DNA of 63,413 nt, filler included. It is 7 parts of 7 records of this genome, joined end to end, with 100 filler letters (N's around TTAATTAATTAA, not from the genome) between each part and the next. Parts side by side here need not be neighbours in the genome. Positions count along the whole stretch, not along the records: positions 25,082 to 42,305 come from SRR20825010_3724; positions 42,406 to 47,766 come from SRR20825010_3740; 5 more parts are not named here. One strand, 5' to 3'. The translations under genes and the position numbers were made by a program. The first letter of the stretch is position 1, and the number at the start of each line of letters is the position of its first letter. Below are positions 32,950 to 42,741 of this stretch, piece after piece. The notes beneath the pieces are model-generated. The model worked only from the letters and a program-made list of their open reading frames with translations. It was not told where the DNA came from and did not search any database.

Positions 32950-35103
32950 ATGCCAAAACAAAGTGCAGATAACTATCTGGCAAAGGAAGAGTGGCGTGAA
33001 CGCCGCTCTTCCCACCGTCTTGTCGTGTTGCTGTTTGCGATCACGGCACTGAGCACGTCAGTTGTTCATATTTATTTCAATTCGTTCGGCCTGATTTCCG
33101 AACTGCGTTTCGCCGCCATTCACTTCGGAACATTCGGGTTTCTGTGCGCTTTGGTTTATCCCTTGCGCGAAAAGAATGCCGATCAAACACCTTGGATATT
33201 GTTTGATGTTATGATTGGGTTCGTCGCTCTGTTTTGCGGTTTGTATTTCCTGTTTAACGACGTTGCATATTGGGACCGTGGCGGCAAAATGACGGATATG
33301 GACTGGTGGGTGGCCTTTACATCCGTTGCCGTTGCGCTTGAACTATTGCGCCGGACCATGGGGATATTCATCCCGATCCTGATTTTAATTGCGCTAAGCT
33401 ATGCGGCCTTTTGGGGCGAGCATATTGACGGCATTTTCAGGTTCCCGGGCATCTCGTTTGAAGAACTTCTTGCACGGTCTTATTTTGTCGATCTTGGTCT
33501 GTTTGGCGATATCGCCCAGATTTCGATGACCTATGTTTTCATGTTCGTGATGTTCGGTAGTTTTCTGGTCAAATCCGGGGCGGCTGAATTCATCATTGAC
33601 CTGTCGCGGGCGATGGCCCGCCGGGCTATCGGCGGATCTGGCATGGTTGCGGTTATGGGATCTGCCCTGATGGGATCGATCTCGGGTGCTGCAGTTGCCA
33701 ATATTGTTACGACCGGTGTTGTGACGATTCCTTTGATGAAAAAATCGGGTTACAAGCCAACCTTTGCAGCCGGTGTTGAAACAGCGGCTTCGACCGGTGG
33801 TGCGTTGTTGCCACCGATCATGGGAGCAGGGGCCTTTATCATGGCCAGCTACACCCAGATTTCCTATTTGACGATTGCGGCCATGGCGTTGCTTCCCGCG
33901 ATCCTCTACTTCGCCTCGGTGATGTTTTATGTCCGGATGGAAGCCATCCGCTTGAATCTGACTGAATTTGAAGATGACGGTGCGCGGTCGCTGTCACAGG
34001 TATTGCGCGAAGGCGGTGTCACGCTTTTGCCCATTGTTCTTCTGGTGGCATTGCTGGTTTACGGTTTTAGCGCGACATACGCTGCGGCTGCTTCGATCGT
34101 GGCGACCGTTGTTTGCTCATGGCTTAGCCGTAAGCACCGGATGGGTGTCATAGATATCTATGAAGCGATCATTCAGGGGGCACGCAACGCAGTGCCAACT
34201 TCAATCCTGTTATGCTCTATAGGACTTTTGATCGGTGTTCTGGGTACGACCGGTTTTGGTCCGACTTTCTCGTTGATGATCATTGAATGGGCGGGGGGTA
34301 ATCTGATCATCATGCTAGGTCTGATTACGTTGGTGTCGCTTGTTCTCGGCATGGGGTTGCCAGTCACGGCGGCCTACATTGTGCTGGCAACAATTTCCGC
34401 ACCGTCTTTGGCCGATCTGATCACGACCAATAATGTTGTCGATATTCTGGTGGCGGGAAATGTCCCGGCCGAAGTCACCATGCTGTTCCAGCTTGTTGAT
34501 CCGGAAATCGGGGCGAAAATTGCCGCTGGCCTAACCACCGATCAGGCCTATGACATGATTTCGGCCTTGCCGATTGAAATGCGTGCGGCCTTGCGTCCGA
34601 TGATGCTTGATGACGAAATCCTGATGGCGTCCCTTTTGTCAGCACACATGATCCTGTTTTGGGTTTCTCAGGACAGTAACGTGACGCCGCCAGTTTGTTT
34701 GCCTGCCTTTGTCGCTGCAGCCATTGCCAAAAGTCCACCGATGCGGACAGGATTTGCGGCGTTTCGAATGTGCAAGGGGCTTTATATCATTCCACTTTTG
34801 TTTGCCTATACGCCGTTGCTTGGAGGGGATTGGAACGAGATGTTCATCGTCTTTGGTCCAGCATTGGTCGGCATTCACGCGCTTACTGCGGCGATGTCTG
34901 GGGTGGTTGAAACCCGAATTGGCTGGATCGCACGTTTGGTTGTGGCAAGTTTTGGGGCGGTGTTGCTATGGCCTATGCCATTGGAATACAAGTTGGTGCC
35001 AATGGTGCTGTATCTGGCATACGTGGTCTATGACTGGTTGCGTCGTCGCCGTTTGGCCGATCTGCAAGCAGGTTCTGGTAATCCAGCCGATGTCGTGGGT
35101 TAA
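32950..35103 (+). CDS. TRAP 4TM/12TM fused permease
   Basis: GSISGAAVAN, AASTGG, PPIMGAGAF, LGMGLPVTAAY, TPPV. Confidence 0.93.
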   Translation: MPKQSADNYLAKEEWRERRSSHRLVVLLFAITALSTSVVHIYFNSFGLISELRFAAIHFGTFGFLCALVYPLREKNADQTPWILFDVMIGFVALFCGLYFLFNDVAYWDRGGKMTDMDWWVAFTSVAVALELLRRTMGIFIPILILIALSYAAFWGEHIDGIFRFPGISFEELLARSYFVDLGLFGDIAQISMTYVFMFVMFGSFLVKSGAAEFIIDLSRAMARRAIGGSGMVAVMGSALMGSISGAAVANIVTTGVVTIPLMKKSGYKPTFAAGVETAASTGGALLPPIMGAGAFIMASYTQISYLTIAAMALLPAILYFASVMFYVRMEAIRLNLTEFEDDGARSLSQVLREGGVTLLPIVLLVALLVYGFSATYAAAASIVATVVCSWLSRKHRMGVIDIYEAIIQGARNAVPTSILLCSIGLLIGVLGTTGFGPTFSLMIIEWAGGNLIIMLGLITLVSLVLGMGLPVTAAYIVLATISAPSLADLITTNNVVDILVAGNVPAEVTMLFQLVDPEIGAKIAAGLTTDQAYDMISALPIEMRAALRPMMLDDEILMASLLSAHMILFWVSQDSNVTPPVCLPAFVAAAIAKSPPMRTGFAAFRMCKGLYIIPLLFAYTPLLGGDWNEMFIVFGPALVGIHALTAAMSGVVETRIGWIARLVVASFGAVLLWPMPLEYKLVPMVLYLAYVVYDWLRRRRLADLQAGSGNPADVVG

Positions 35104-35162
35104 GTGACGCTGAATGAAAGGGCCAGCATGTCGAATTTTTGTCCTGACAAGGTCAGGACGTT

Positions 35163-36560
35163 TTGGATAACAGGCATCTGACAGGTATGAAAGCGACCTT
35201 CTTCAATAATCTGTCAGGTGCATTGTTCTTCCTGATCGCGATGCTGAGTGTTGTGGCGGAGCTGGCTTCGCTTCCGTTTCTGCGTGTGCCAGCTGTTTGG
35301 CTACTCGCGATGTTCTTGTTGTTGCAGATACCGCTTGTTTCAACACCACAAAAAGTTGCGGGAACCATTCTTGTTCTTTTGGGTTTTGTCATAGCCTGGC
35401 AGGAAAAAGCACTATTTTCGGTTCTATTTAATGGGTTGGAGCGGACCTTGCCGTTCTTGCTCATCTTTGCATCTGTCGGCTGGTTACAAACGGCTGCACG
35501 TCAAAGTCCGTCAATTCTGGCTCTTCGGGATCATGTTCTCGGCCTAGGGCCAGGCCGACGGTTTGCAGCCCTTTCGGCAAGTGCGCATGTATTGGCATCA
35601 AGCTTCAATCTCGCCGGGATGGCGTTATTGGTACCGATCCTTGATGATCAAAATGATGATCAATCCAAAAAAAGACTGGCCTGCTCGATCATGTGGGGCT
35701 TTACAGCAGCAACATGCTGGTCGCCATTTTTTGTGGGAACAGCAGTTGTTCTTGATCTCCTGCCAATGGTCGTCTGGGCCGATATCATGCTGATCGGGAT
35801 GGCGTTTGCCGGAATCATCTTGATTGTCGCATGGTTGTTTGATCGTACATTTGTCCGATCCGGCGTGACCAGCAGACTGGTCGGAAGCGTGAAAACAGAA
35901 CTTTCCGTTAAGCGCGCGGTAATAGGTGTGGTGACAGCGGCCGGTAGCCTGTTTTGCGTCGCAATCATCTTGGTTGATTATGTTGGGTTGCGTCTACCTG
36001 TTGCAGTTGCAGTTGCCGCACCGTCATTTTCATTGGTATGGATGTGTCTGACCAATACGCGATCAGGCATGGGGAATGTGTTAACTGGACTTCTGTCGGA
36101 TGCCAACGGGATTATTTGTCGTTATCCACATATGCGCAGTGAAACCTTTTTGTTTGTTTGCGCCAATGTTTTCGGTGCCGCGATGTCTATTCTGATTGCA
36201 GACACAGATGTCTTTCCAGATGTCGGAAGTTATCTTCCGCAATCAACGTTTCTGGCTGGGGTTGTTTTGATCATTGGGTATTTGATCGTTTCGGCACTGG
36301 GGATTCATCCGATTGTGTCACTGACTGTGTTTGCCGCCCTGTCATCGCCCGAAACACTCAACATTTCGCCCGACTTTCTAGCGGTTATCTTGATGGCGCT
36401 TTGGGGAATTGGTACAGCGATCTCGCCGCTATCGGGGACGACATTGTTCATGGGGCACGCTGTCCATGTTCCATCATCAAGAATTGCCTGGCGTTGGAAT
36501 GGACCCTACTACATGTGTTGCACGCTATTGCTATTCGTTGGGCTGATGTTTGTGCTGTAA
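35163..36560 (+). CDS. Multi-pass membrane protein, probable ion-transporter-superfamily member
   Basis: 465 aa with about 12 hydrophobic segments, WSPFF and GIHPIV motifs; start uncertain. Confidence 0.7.
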   Translation: MDNRHLTGMKATFFNNLSGALFFLIAMLSVVAELASLPFLRVPAVWLLAMFLLLQIPLVSTPQKVAGTILVLLGFVIAWQEKALFSVLFNGLERTLPFLLIFASVGWLQTAARQSPSILALRDHVLGLGPGRRFAALSASAHVLASSFNLAGMALLVPILDDQNDDQSKKRLACSIMWGFTAATCWSPFFVGTAVVLDLLPMVVWADIMLIGMAFAGIILIVAWLFDRTFVRSGVTSRLVGSVKTELSVKRAVIGVVTAAGSLFCVAIILVDYVGLRLPVAVAVAAPSFSLVWMCLTNTRSGMGNVLTGLLSDANGIICRYPHMRSETFLFVCANVFGAAMSILIADTDVFPDVGSYLPQSTFLAGVVLIIGYLIVSALGIHPIVSLTVFAALSSPETLNISPDFLAVILMALWGIGTAISPLSGTTLFMGHAVHVPSSRIAWRWNGPYYMCCTLLLFVGLMFVL

Positions 36561-36701
36561 CCGGTAGTCCCGGGATGACCGGCGATGAATGCAAAAGGTT
36601 GGCGGGCAAACACCAATCTATCGTCAAAACGTCTTCTCATCGCCGATCAAAATGTCTGGGCTTTTGCCCAATGCAGTGTGGTTTGGTCAGGTTTGTGACT
36701 G

Positions 36702-37583
36702 TTAGTTTTCAGGATCGTAAAGTCGGGTCGGATTGTCGATCAAAAGAGCTTGCTGCTGCTCCTTCGTCGGGGCAACGCGAAGGATATGATCGACCAGTTT
36801 GCCATCATCTGGGACGTGGCTTTTCATGTTCGGGTGAGGCCAGTCGGTGCCCCAAATGACACGGTCTGGAATTTCTTTAACAATGATTTTGCCGAATTCA
36901 ACAACATCTTCATAGGGTGGGCCTTCAACGGTAAGGCGTTCAGGGCACGTAACCTTGACCCAGATATGATCGTTTTCTTTGACCAGTTTGCGGAACCGCA
37001 GGAAATCAGGATGATCAATACCTTTGGTCACATCCGGGCGACCAAGATGATCAATGACAACGGTGACCGGCATATCGATCAGGAACTGTTCAAGTCCTTC
37101 AAGGTCGGCGGCTTCGAAATAGACAACGATGTGCCAGCCATAAGGTTTGATCAGATCAACGATTTGAAGGAAATCTTCGCGCGGGGTGTCATCCACCAGA
37201 CGTTTGACAAAGTTAAATCGAACACCTCGCACACCGGCAGCATCCAATTCATCAAGTTGTTCTTTGGTAACGCCCGGGCGAACTGTTGCAATGCCACGAT
37301 ACCGACCATTTGACGCATTCAGCGCGTCAACAAGCGCACGGTTATCTGCACCATGGCAGGTCGCCTGTACGATGACCGAACGTTCAACGCCGAGATGCTT
37401 GTGCAATTCAAACAGTTTGTCTTTGCCTGCATCTACAGGGGTATACTTGCGTTCCGACGCAAAGGGGAATTCAACCTCGGGCCCAAAAACATGACAATGT
37501 GCATCCCACGTGCCCTTCGGCAGGGTAAATTCTGGTTTGGACGGATTGGGATGGAAGGGAAGATAGTCCGGCGATGGGGGCAT
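36702..37583 (-). CDS. ligI: 2-pyrone-4,6-dicarboxylate lactonase (amidohydrolase)
   Basis: DAHCHVFGP, VQATCHGADN, RGVRFNFVKRLVD, DHLGRPD, WGTDWPHPNM; ligU in the same cluster. Confidence 0.88.
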   Translation of the reverse strand: MPPSPDYLPFHPNPSKPEFTLPKGTWDAHCHVFGPEVEFPFASERKYTPVDAGKDKLFELHKHLGVERSVIVQATCHGADNRALVDALNASNGRYRGIATVRPGVTKEQLDELDAAGVRGVRFNFVKRLVDDTPREDFLQIVDLIKPYGWHIVVYFEAADLEGLEQFLIDMPVTVVIDHLGRPDVTKGIDHPDFLRFRKLVKENDHIWVKVTCPERLTVEGPPYEDVVEFGKIIVKEIPDRVIWGTDWPHPNMKSHVPDDGKLVDHILRVAPTKEQQQALLIDNPTRLYDPEN

Positions 37584-37699
37584 CGGTGTCCTCGTTAAAA
37601 TCCGAAAAACAGTCACATATAGCATGCCCCTAAATCGATACTAAGGGCGTGCGATATGGTGGTGGCTTTCGTAATGCTTCCAATTACGTCTATGCGTGA

Positions 37700-38356
37700 T
37701 CAGCCAACATGTTTCGCCAAAAAGTCGTTGGTGCGCGCGTGGGCCGTATCGGCGGCATCGGCGACATATGATGGACGGGCGTCGTTGGCAAAGGCATGTC
37801 CGGCTTCGTACATGTGGATTTCCATTTCCGGAAGATACGCCTTGGCTTCATCAAGCATTTCGGCGGGGACATGGTCGTCTTTGGTGCCGAAATGACCAAG
37901 GAAAGCAGCCTTAAGCGGACGATCAAGATATTGCGGCAGACGTGTGCCATAAAAGGCAACCCCAGCTGAGATATCAAGGTCCTGCGCCGCGCGAAGGGCC
38001 AAGCCGCCACCCCAGCAAAAACCAATCACAGCGACTTTGCCACCATTGGCGGCAAGGGCCTTAACCGCGGCATCGATGTCAGCTGTGGTTTGTTCAAGAT
38101 CAGATGCCAGCATCATGTCACGACCACGTGGACCCTGATCAAACGGAACCACGGCATTACGTTCCTGACGGTCAAACAGTGCTGGGATTGCAACTTCGTA
38201 GCCAAGGGCTGCATATTTTGCAGCAACACCTTTAAGCTGGTCGGTAACACCAAAAATTTCCTGAAGGATAACGATCCCGCCGCGGCGGTCACCCACGGCT
38301 GGTTCAAACCAGCAGTTAAGTGTATGGCCATCCGATGCGGTAATGGTCTTCATCAT
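37700..38356 (-). CDS. Dienelactone hydrolase family protein
   Basis: QEIFG, nucleophile GFCWGG, AGHAF. Confidence 0.92.
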   Translation of the reverse strand: MMKTITASDGHTLNCWFEPAVGDRRGGIVILQEIFGVTDQLKGVAAKYAALGYEVAIPALFDRQERNAVVPFDQGPRGRDMMLASDLEQTTADIDAAVKALAANGGKVAVIGFCWGGGLALRAAQDLDISAGVAFYGTRLPQYLDRPLKAAFLGHFGTKDDHVPAEMLDEAKAYLPEMEIHMYEAGHAFANDARPSYVADAADTAHARTNDFLAKHVG

Positions 38357-38386
38357 GTCAAACGTTCCTGTTGTCTTGTGCGCGGT

Positions 38387-38426
38387 AAAAACGGCAGCAC
38401 CGATACTGCGATGGTCAGGTGCTGCC
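38387..38426 (-). terminator. Terminator-like hairpin after the TAXI binding-protein gene
   Basis: Minus strand GGCAGCACC...GGTGCTGCC followed by GTTTTT. Confidence 0.6.
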
Positions 38427-38439
38427 TTTATTGGGTCTG

Positions 38440-39414
38440 TTATTTACCGACCGGAATACCGGCTTCTTCAAAATATTTCAAAGCACCCGGGTGATATGGC
38501 ATAATGTTTTTCGGTGCCATTTTCTCCGGCTTTGCACCGGCAAAAGCACCAAAGCTTGCCTTAAGCGCATCACGGCCTTCGGCAATGGCTTTGGTCAGAT
38601 TGTAAACAAGCTCATCGCTCACATCGGCATTGGTCATCAGTACCCATGGGATCTGCATCAGGTTTACATCGTAACCTTGCAGGCCATTGATCTTTTCATT
38701 CTGTTTGAAGTTGACGATGTCGCCAGCTGGCAGGAAGCCTTTGAATAAGGACATGCCAATAACGGAATCATCAAGAGAGATGTAGCAAAGGCCGCCACGG
38801 TCCTGAAGTTTTACACTGGCCTGCTGACCTGCACCGGCATTCAGACTGACAAGGGCGATATCAACCAAACCATCGCCCAGCGCATCGATCCCGGCAACAA
38901 AGTTGGCCACAGGAACCATCTGAAAATCTTCGTATTTAAGCCCGGCATTGGCCAAGCCACCCATGATGTAATATGGGATGATGGTCGAAGATGTATATTC
39001 GGATGCAATGCGAAGTTCGCTTGCCTTGTCTTTCAGATCATCAACCGATTTCAGGCCAAGATCACATGCCGCCATCAGGCCGGTGGTCAGCGGGAACATG
39101 GTACCGACAAGGCGCATATTACCATTGGTGCGGTCATAGTTTCCTGTGCCGGAATAGGCATATTCAGCTTCAACACCGTTTGAAAAACCGAAATCAACTT
39201 CGCCGGAATTAATCAACGGAAGATAGCCAACCAGCGGCTGCGTACGGGCTGTGATGCCGACATCATTGGCAACCTTGGCGACAGCCTGCCCGGAATTGTA
39301 GGCAAGGGATCCTTGTGCGCCTGTTGCAACGGTCACGACCTGTGCTGATGCTGCACTTGCACCGATTGAAAGGCCAAATAGTCCGATGGATAGTGCTTTG
39401 CTAAGTTTGTTCAT
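38440..39414 (-). CDS. TAXI-family TRAP solute-binding protein
   Basis: Signal peptide (AASA), ATGAQGS, C-terminal PYHPGALKYFEE. Confidence 0.9.
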   Translation of the reverse strand: MNKLSKALSIGLFGLSIGASAASAQVVTVATGAQGSLAYNSGQAVAKVANDVGITARTQPLVGYLPLINSGEVDFGFSNGVEAEYAYSGTGNYDRTNGNMRLVGTMFPLTTGLMAACDLGLKSVDDLKDKASELRIASEYTSSTIIPYYIMGGLANAGLKYEDFQMVPVANFVAGIDALGDGLVDIALVSLNAGAGQQASVKLQDRGGLCYISLDDSVIGMSLFKGFLPAGDIVNFKQNEKINGLQGYDVNLMQIPWVLMTNADVSDELVYNLTKAIAEGRDALKASFGAFAGAKPEKMAPKNIMPYHPGALKYFEEAGIPVGK

Positions 39415-39415
39415 T

Positions 39416-41332
39416 TCAGTTTCCTCCTGATTTCAGTTCGTTTTTATGGGCACCCTGAATACGCAGTCCGACCGCAAGCAAGATGGCGGCAATGGCTGCG
39501 ATGATGTGAAGTTCTAGATTGAAGGCGTCCGGCAAGAAGCCGAGAGGCATGGCCAAGAAGCCCACTGCCGTGAAGCCAATGCGAAGGACCGGGCCAAGAC
39601 CACGCGACCAGTACCCGACAATCCCGGCGGTAACGGCGATCACACCAACAATCGCAAGACCGAAATTGACGGTGATATCGATCCAGTCGCCCTGCATCAG
39701 GATTGCCGGTGTCGCGACAAAGATGAAGGGCAGGATGAAGGCAGCCCAACCAATGCGCATCGATGCAAGTCCGGTTGCCAATGGATCATCCTCTGTGATG
39801 GTTGCTGCTGCAAATGCTGCAAGTGCCACCGGTGGGGTGATCATGGACATCATGCCGAAATACAAGATGAACAGATGGGCTGCGATGGGTTCGATCCCGG
39901 CTTCGACCAGCGATGGTGCGACAAGGGCAGCAAGCAGCACATAAACGCCCGACGTCGGCATGCCCATGCCAAGGATTACGCAAATTACCGCCGAAATGAC
40001 CAACAGTAAGAAGGCGTTCGATCCAACCGCATCGACCAGTACCAGAGTCAGGGCAAAGCCAAGGCCGGTAATGTTCAGAATGCCGATAACAAAGCCGGCT
40101 GCGGCAACGACAAGGATCAGATCGACCATGCCGGTGCCAGTCTCGACAAAGGTCCGGCCCAGCATTTTTGGGGTCAGACGATATCCGCGATATCCGCGCA
40201 CAAACCCGACAACCACAATGGCAACAGCGGCCATAAGGGCTGAATCTTCCGGATCCATCCGCCACCAGAACAGACCGGCAAGCAGGACTGCAAACGGAAT
40301 GATAAAGTGCCAGCCTTCTTTGAGAACCTGACGAACTGTCATGGTTTCAGCATCGGCCGGTTGGATGTTGTCGCGGCCAGCGATCAGATCAACCTGGGTA
40401 AAGACGCTCAGGTAATAAAGGGCTGCTGGGATCAGTGCGGCAGCGGCAACCGTGAAATAGGAAATATCAAGAAACTCGGCCATCAAAAAGGCCGCAGCCC
40501 CCATGATTGGCGGGGTTAACTGTCCCCCGGTTGATGCCACAGCTTCAATCGCACCAGCATCACGTTTGGTATAGCCACCACGCTGCATCAGAGGAATTGT
40601 GACAACACCGGTGGTGACAACGTTGGAAACGGCACTGCCGGAGATCGAGCCAAACAAAGCCGAACCAACGACCGAAATTTTTGCACTGCCGCCGCGCGAA
40701 CGGCCGGTTGCCGCCATGGCAAGATCGGTAAAGAAGTTACCACCACCTGCGGCAAACAACAGTTTGCCAAAGAAGACAAACAACATCACGATGATTGTGC
40801 CGACCGCAAGCGGGGTCGAAAACACCGCATTGGGATCAAAGCCGATATATTGCACCAATCGTTCAATCGTCAGTGCCTTGCCGATCAATTGGCCGGGAAC
40901 TTTGTCGGCAAACAGCGAATAGATCATGAAGACGACGACGATGCCAAATAGCATCCAGCCGGTGCGGCGGCGAATGCCTTCGACAACAGCCAGTGTAACA
41001 ACCGCACCAATAAGCGTGATCTGCCACGGACGATAAGCCTGTTCTTTCAGAAGCCACACGAAATCAATGGCGGCGTACATCAAAACAGCAAATATCGCTG
41101 CGGCGACGGTGCCGTGGAACCAACCAATGTTTGACTTTTCCTCACCCTGAAAACCGAATTTCATATAGGTGATGGTCAAAGCCAGACCAAGTTGGAATGC
41201 CATATATTGCTGTGGCAACAGGGCAAAACCCAACCGGGTCGGTGCCTCAAGATTCCAAAGAATACAGGCAACCACCATCGATGATGCCATAATGGTAATC
41301 AGATGAGTGCGTAATGCTGATGTGCTGATCAT
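39416..41332 (-). CDS. TRAP 4TM/12TM fused permease
   Basis: GSISGSAVSNV, VASTGGQ, PPIMGAAAF, LGMGMPT, ITPPVA; start reassigned to ATG 41332. Confidence 0.93.
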   Translation of the reverse strand: MISTSALRTHLITIMASSMVVACILWNLEAPTRLGFALLPQQYMAFQLGLALTITYMKFGFQGEEKSNIGWFHGTVAAAIFAVLMYAAIDFVWLLKEQAYRPWQITLIGAVVTLAVVEGIRRRTGWMLFGIVVVFMIYSLFADKVPGQLIGKALTIERLVQYIGFDPNAVFSTPLAVGTIIVMLFVFFGKLLFAAGGGNFFTDLAMAATGRSRGGSAKISVVGSALFGSISGSAVSNVVTTGVVTIPLMQRGGYTKRDAGAIEAVASTGGQLTPPIMGAAAFLMAEFLDISYFTVAAAALIPAALYYLSVFTQVDLIAGRDNIQPADAETMTVRQVLKEGWHFIIPFAVLLAGLFWWRMDPEDSALMAAVAIVVVGFVRGYRGYRLTPKMLGRTFVETGTGMVDLILVVAAAGFVIGILNITGLGFALTLVLVDAVGSNAFLLLVISAVICVILGMGMPTSGVYVLLAALVAPSLVEAGIEPIAAHLFILYFGMMSMITPPVALAAFAAATITEDDPLATGLASMRIGWAAFILPFIFVATPAILMQGDWIDITVNFGLAIVGVIAVTAGIVGYWSRGLGPVLRIGFTAVGFLAMPLGFLPDAFNLELHIIAAIAAILLAVGLRIQGAHKNELKSGGN

Positions 41333-41466
41333 ATGCCTGCCCCCAGTATGGGGGAGATACATACGGGTTGCGATACACCACCTTCACCACGGAAAGCGAT
41401 TTGCGCCAGGCAAGCACCATTGAATGGTGCTTTAATGTGTTCTGCCACACGCGGGTTCCGCGTCAT
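41329..41466 (-). CDS. 45-aa small ORF coupled to the TRAP permease
   Basis: AGGAGG RBS, ATG at 41466; TGA overlaps the permease ATG (ATGA); not in the ORF track. Confidence 0.55.
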   Translation of the reverse strand: MTRNPRVAEHIKAPFNGACLAQIAFRGEGGVSQPVCISPILGAGI

Positions 41467-41524
41467 GGTCTTCCTCCTACTTCCTTGGTTTTATTATTAT
41501 TATTCTTTTGTTTGGGTTTTGGTG

Positions 41525-42305
41525 TCAGTCGATAAAGACATCGCCGTCAAACAGCTTGCGCGCAGTGCGCAGCAAACCGGCCTTGTCGACTGCACCATCA
41601 TTTGTTTTTTCGATAATCACGCTCATTTCGCCTGACGGGTGTTCCACCGAAAGGGTCGAAAGTGCATTGGTATTGTTGGCTGCAACATCTGCAGCGGGTG
41701 ATCCCGGTAACAGGCAGGCTGTTGCGACACTGACCGCACCCAGAACCCCAATTGATGCATGGCAACGATGGGGGATAAAGGTTCGGGTCGATACAACTCC
41801 GCCATGTTCGGCCGGAGAAACCATGGTCATTTTCGGGACGGATGCGTCGCTGACATCGCCAAGATTCATCAGAGGCCCGCATTGCAGGCGGATGCTTTCG
41901 AGCTTGGCGCGAAGCACGTCATTAGCTTCAAGTTCTTCGCGGCTTTCGCGCCCGGTAATGCCCATGTCAGAAGCCGACAGAACAACAACCGGCATCCCGT
42001 TATCGATCATGGTGACATTCACACCATCGATCACATCAACATTGTTGCCGGTCGGCAGCAACGCGCCACAGGTGGTGCCTGCCGTATCACTGAATAATAG
42101 CGGGATTGGCGCAGATGTGCCCGGAACACCGTCAATGCGGGCATTTCCGGTATAAACCGGTTTGCCGTTCGGGGTTTCAATGGTGGCGGTGGCTGTCTGA
42201 CCGGTGTTTTCCATAAAAATGGTGACTTTGGTTTGACCATCTTTCGCGTCAACCAAACCCCGTTCAATGGCAAACGGCCCGACACCGGCAAGGATATTGC
42301 CGCAG
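41525..42305 (-). CDS. ligU: 4-oxalomesaconate tautomerase (PrpF/LigU/GalD family), 5' truncated
   Basis: CGNILAGVGPFAIERGLV, IDGVPG, IDNGMP, RTFIPHRCHASIGV, EHPSG, RTARKLFDG. Confidence 0.88.
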
Positions 42306-42405
42306 NNNNNNNNNNNNNNNNNNNNNNNNNNNNNNNNNNNNNNNNNNNNTTAATTAATTAANNNNNNNNNNNNNNNNNNNNNNNNNNNNNNNNNNNNNNN
42401 NNNNN
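42306..42405. other. Artificial contig linker
   Basis: N-run + TTAATTAATTAA + N-run. Confidence 0.98.
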
Positions 42406-42674
42406 TCGGGTGTATATCCGGTGTTCAGCGGCAGAAAGATCACGCCCGCCTGAATGCAGCCAAAGATCAGCGCCAGCGCATCGGGGCACTTTTCGACCTG
42501 AAGGGCGACCCTCTCACCCGGCTGCAAACCCAAATCGCTCAAGGCATTCGCGAACTGGGACACACGCCCGACAAAAGCCGCATAGCTGACAACGTCCCCC
42601 GCTGGCAGGTGCAAAAAAACCTTGTCGCTCTGCGAACGGGGACCAAGCAGCGTGTCGTAAAGCGGATTGGACAT
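42406..42674 (-). CDS. matB: Malonyl-CoA synthetase-like acyl-CoA ligase, N-terminal fragment
   Basis: MSNPLYD..., PGERVALQVEK, FLPLNTGYT; AGGAG RBS. Confidence 0.75.
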
Positions 42675-42741
42675 GGGGACTCTCCTGCGGGGTTTTCCGA
42701 GTGTTTACCGCCGCCGGGCGGAAAGGGTAAAGGCTCGGCGC

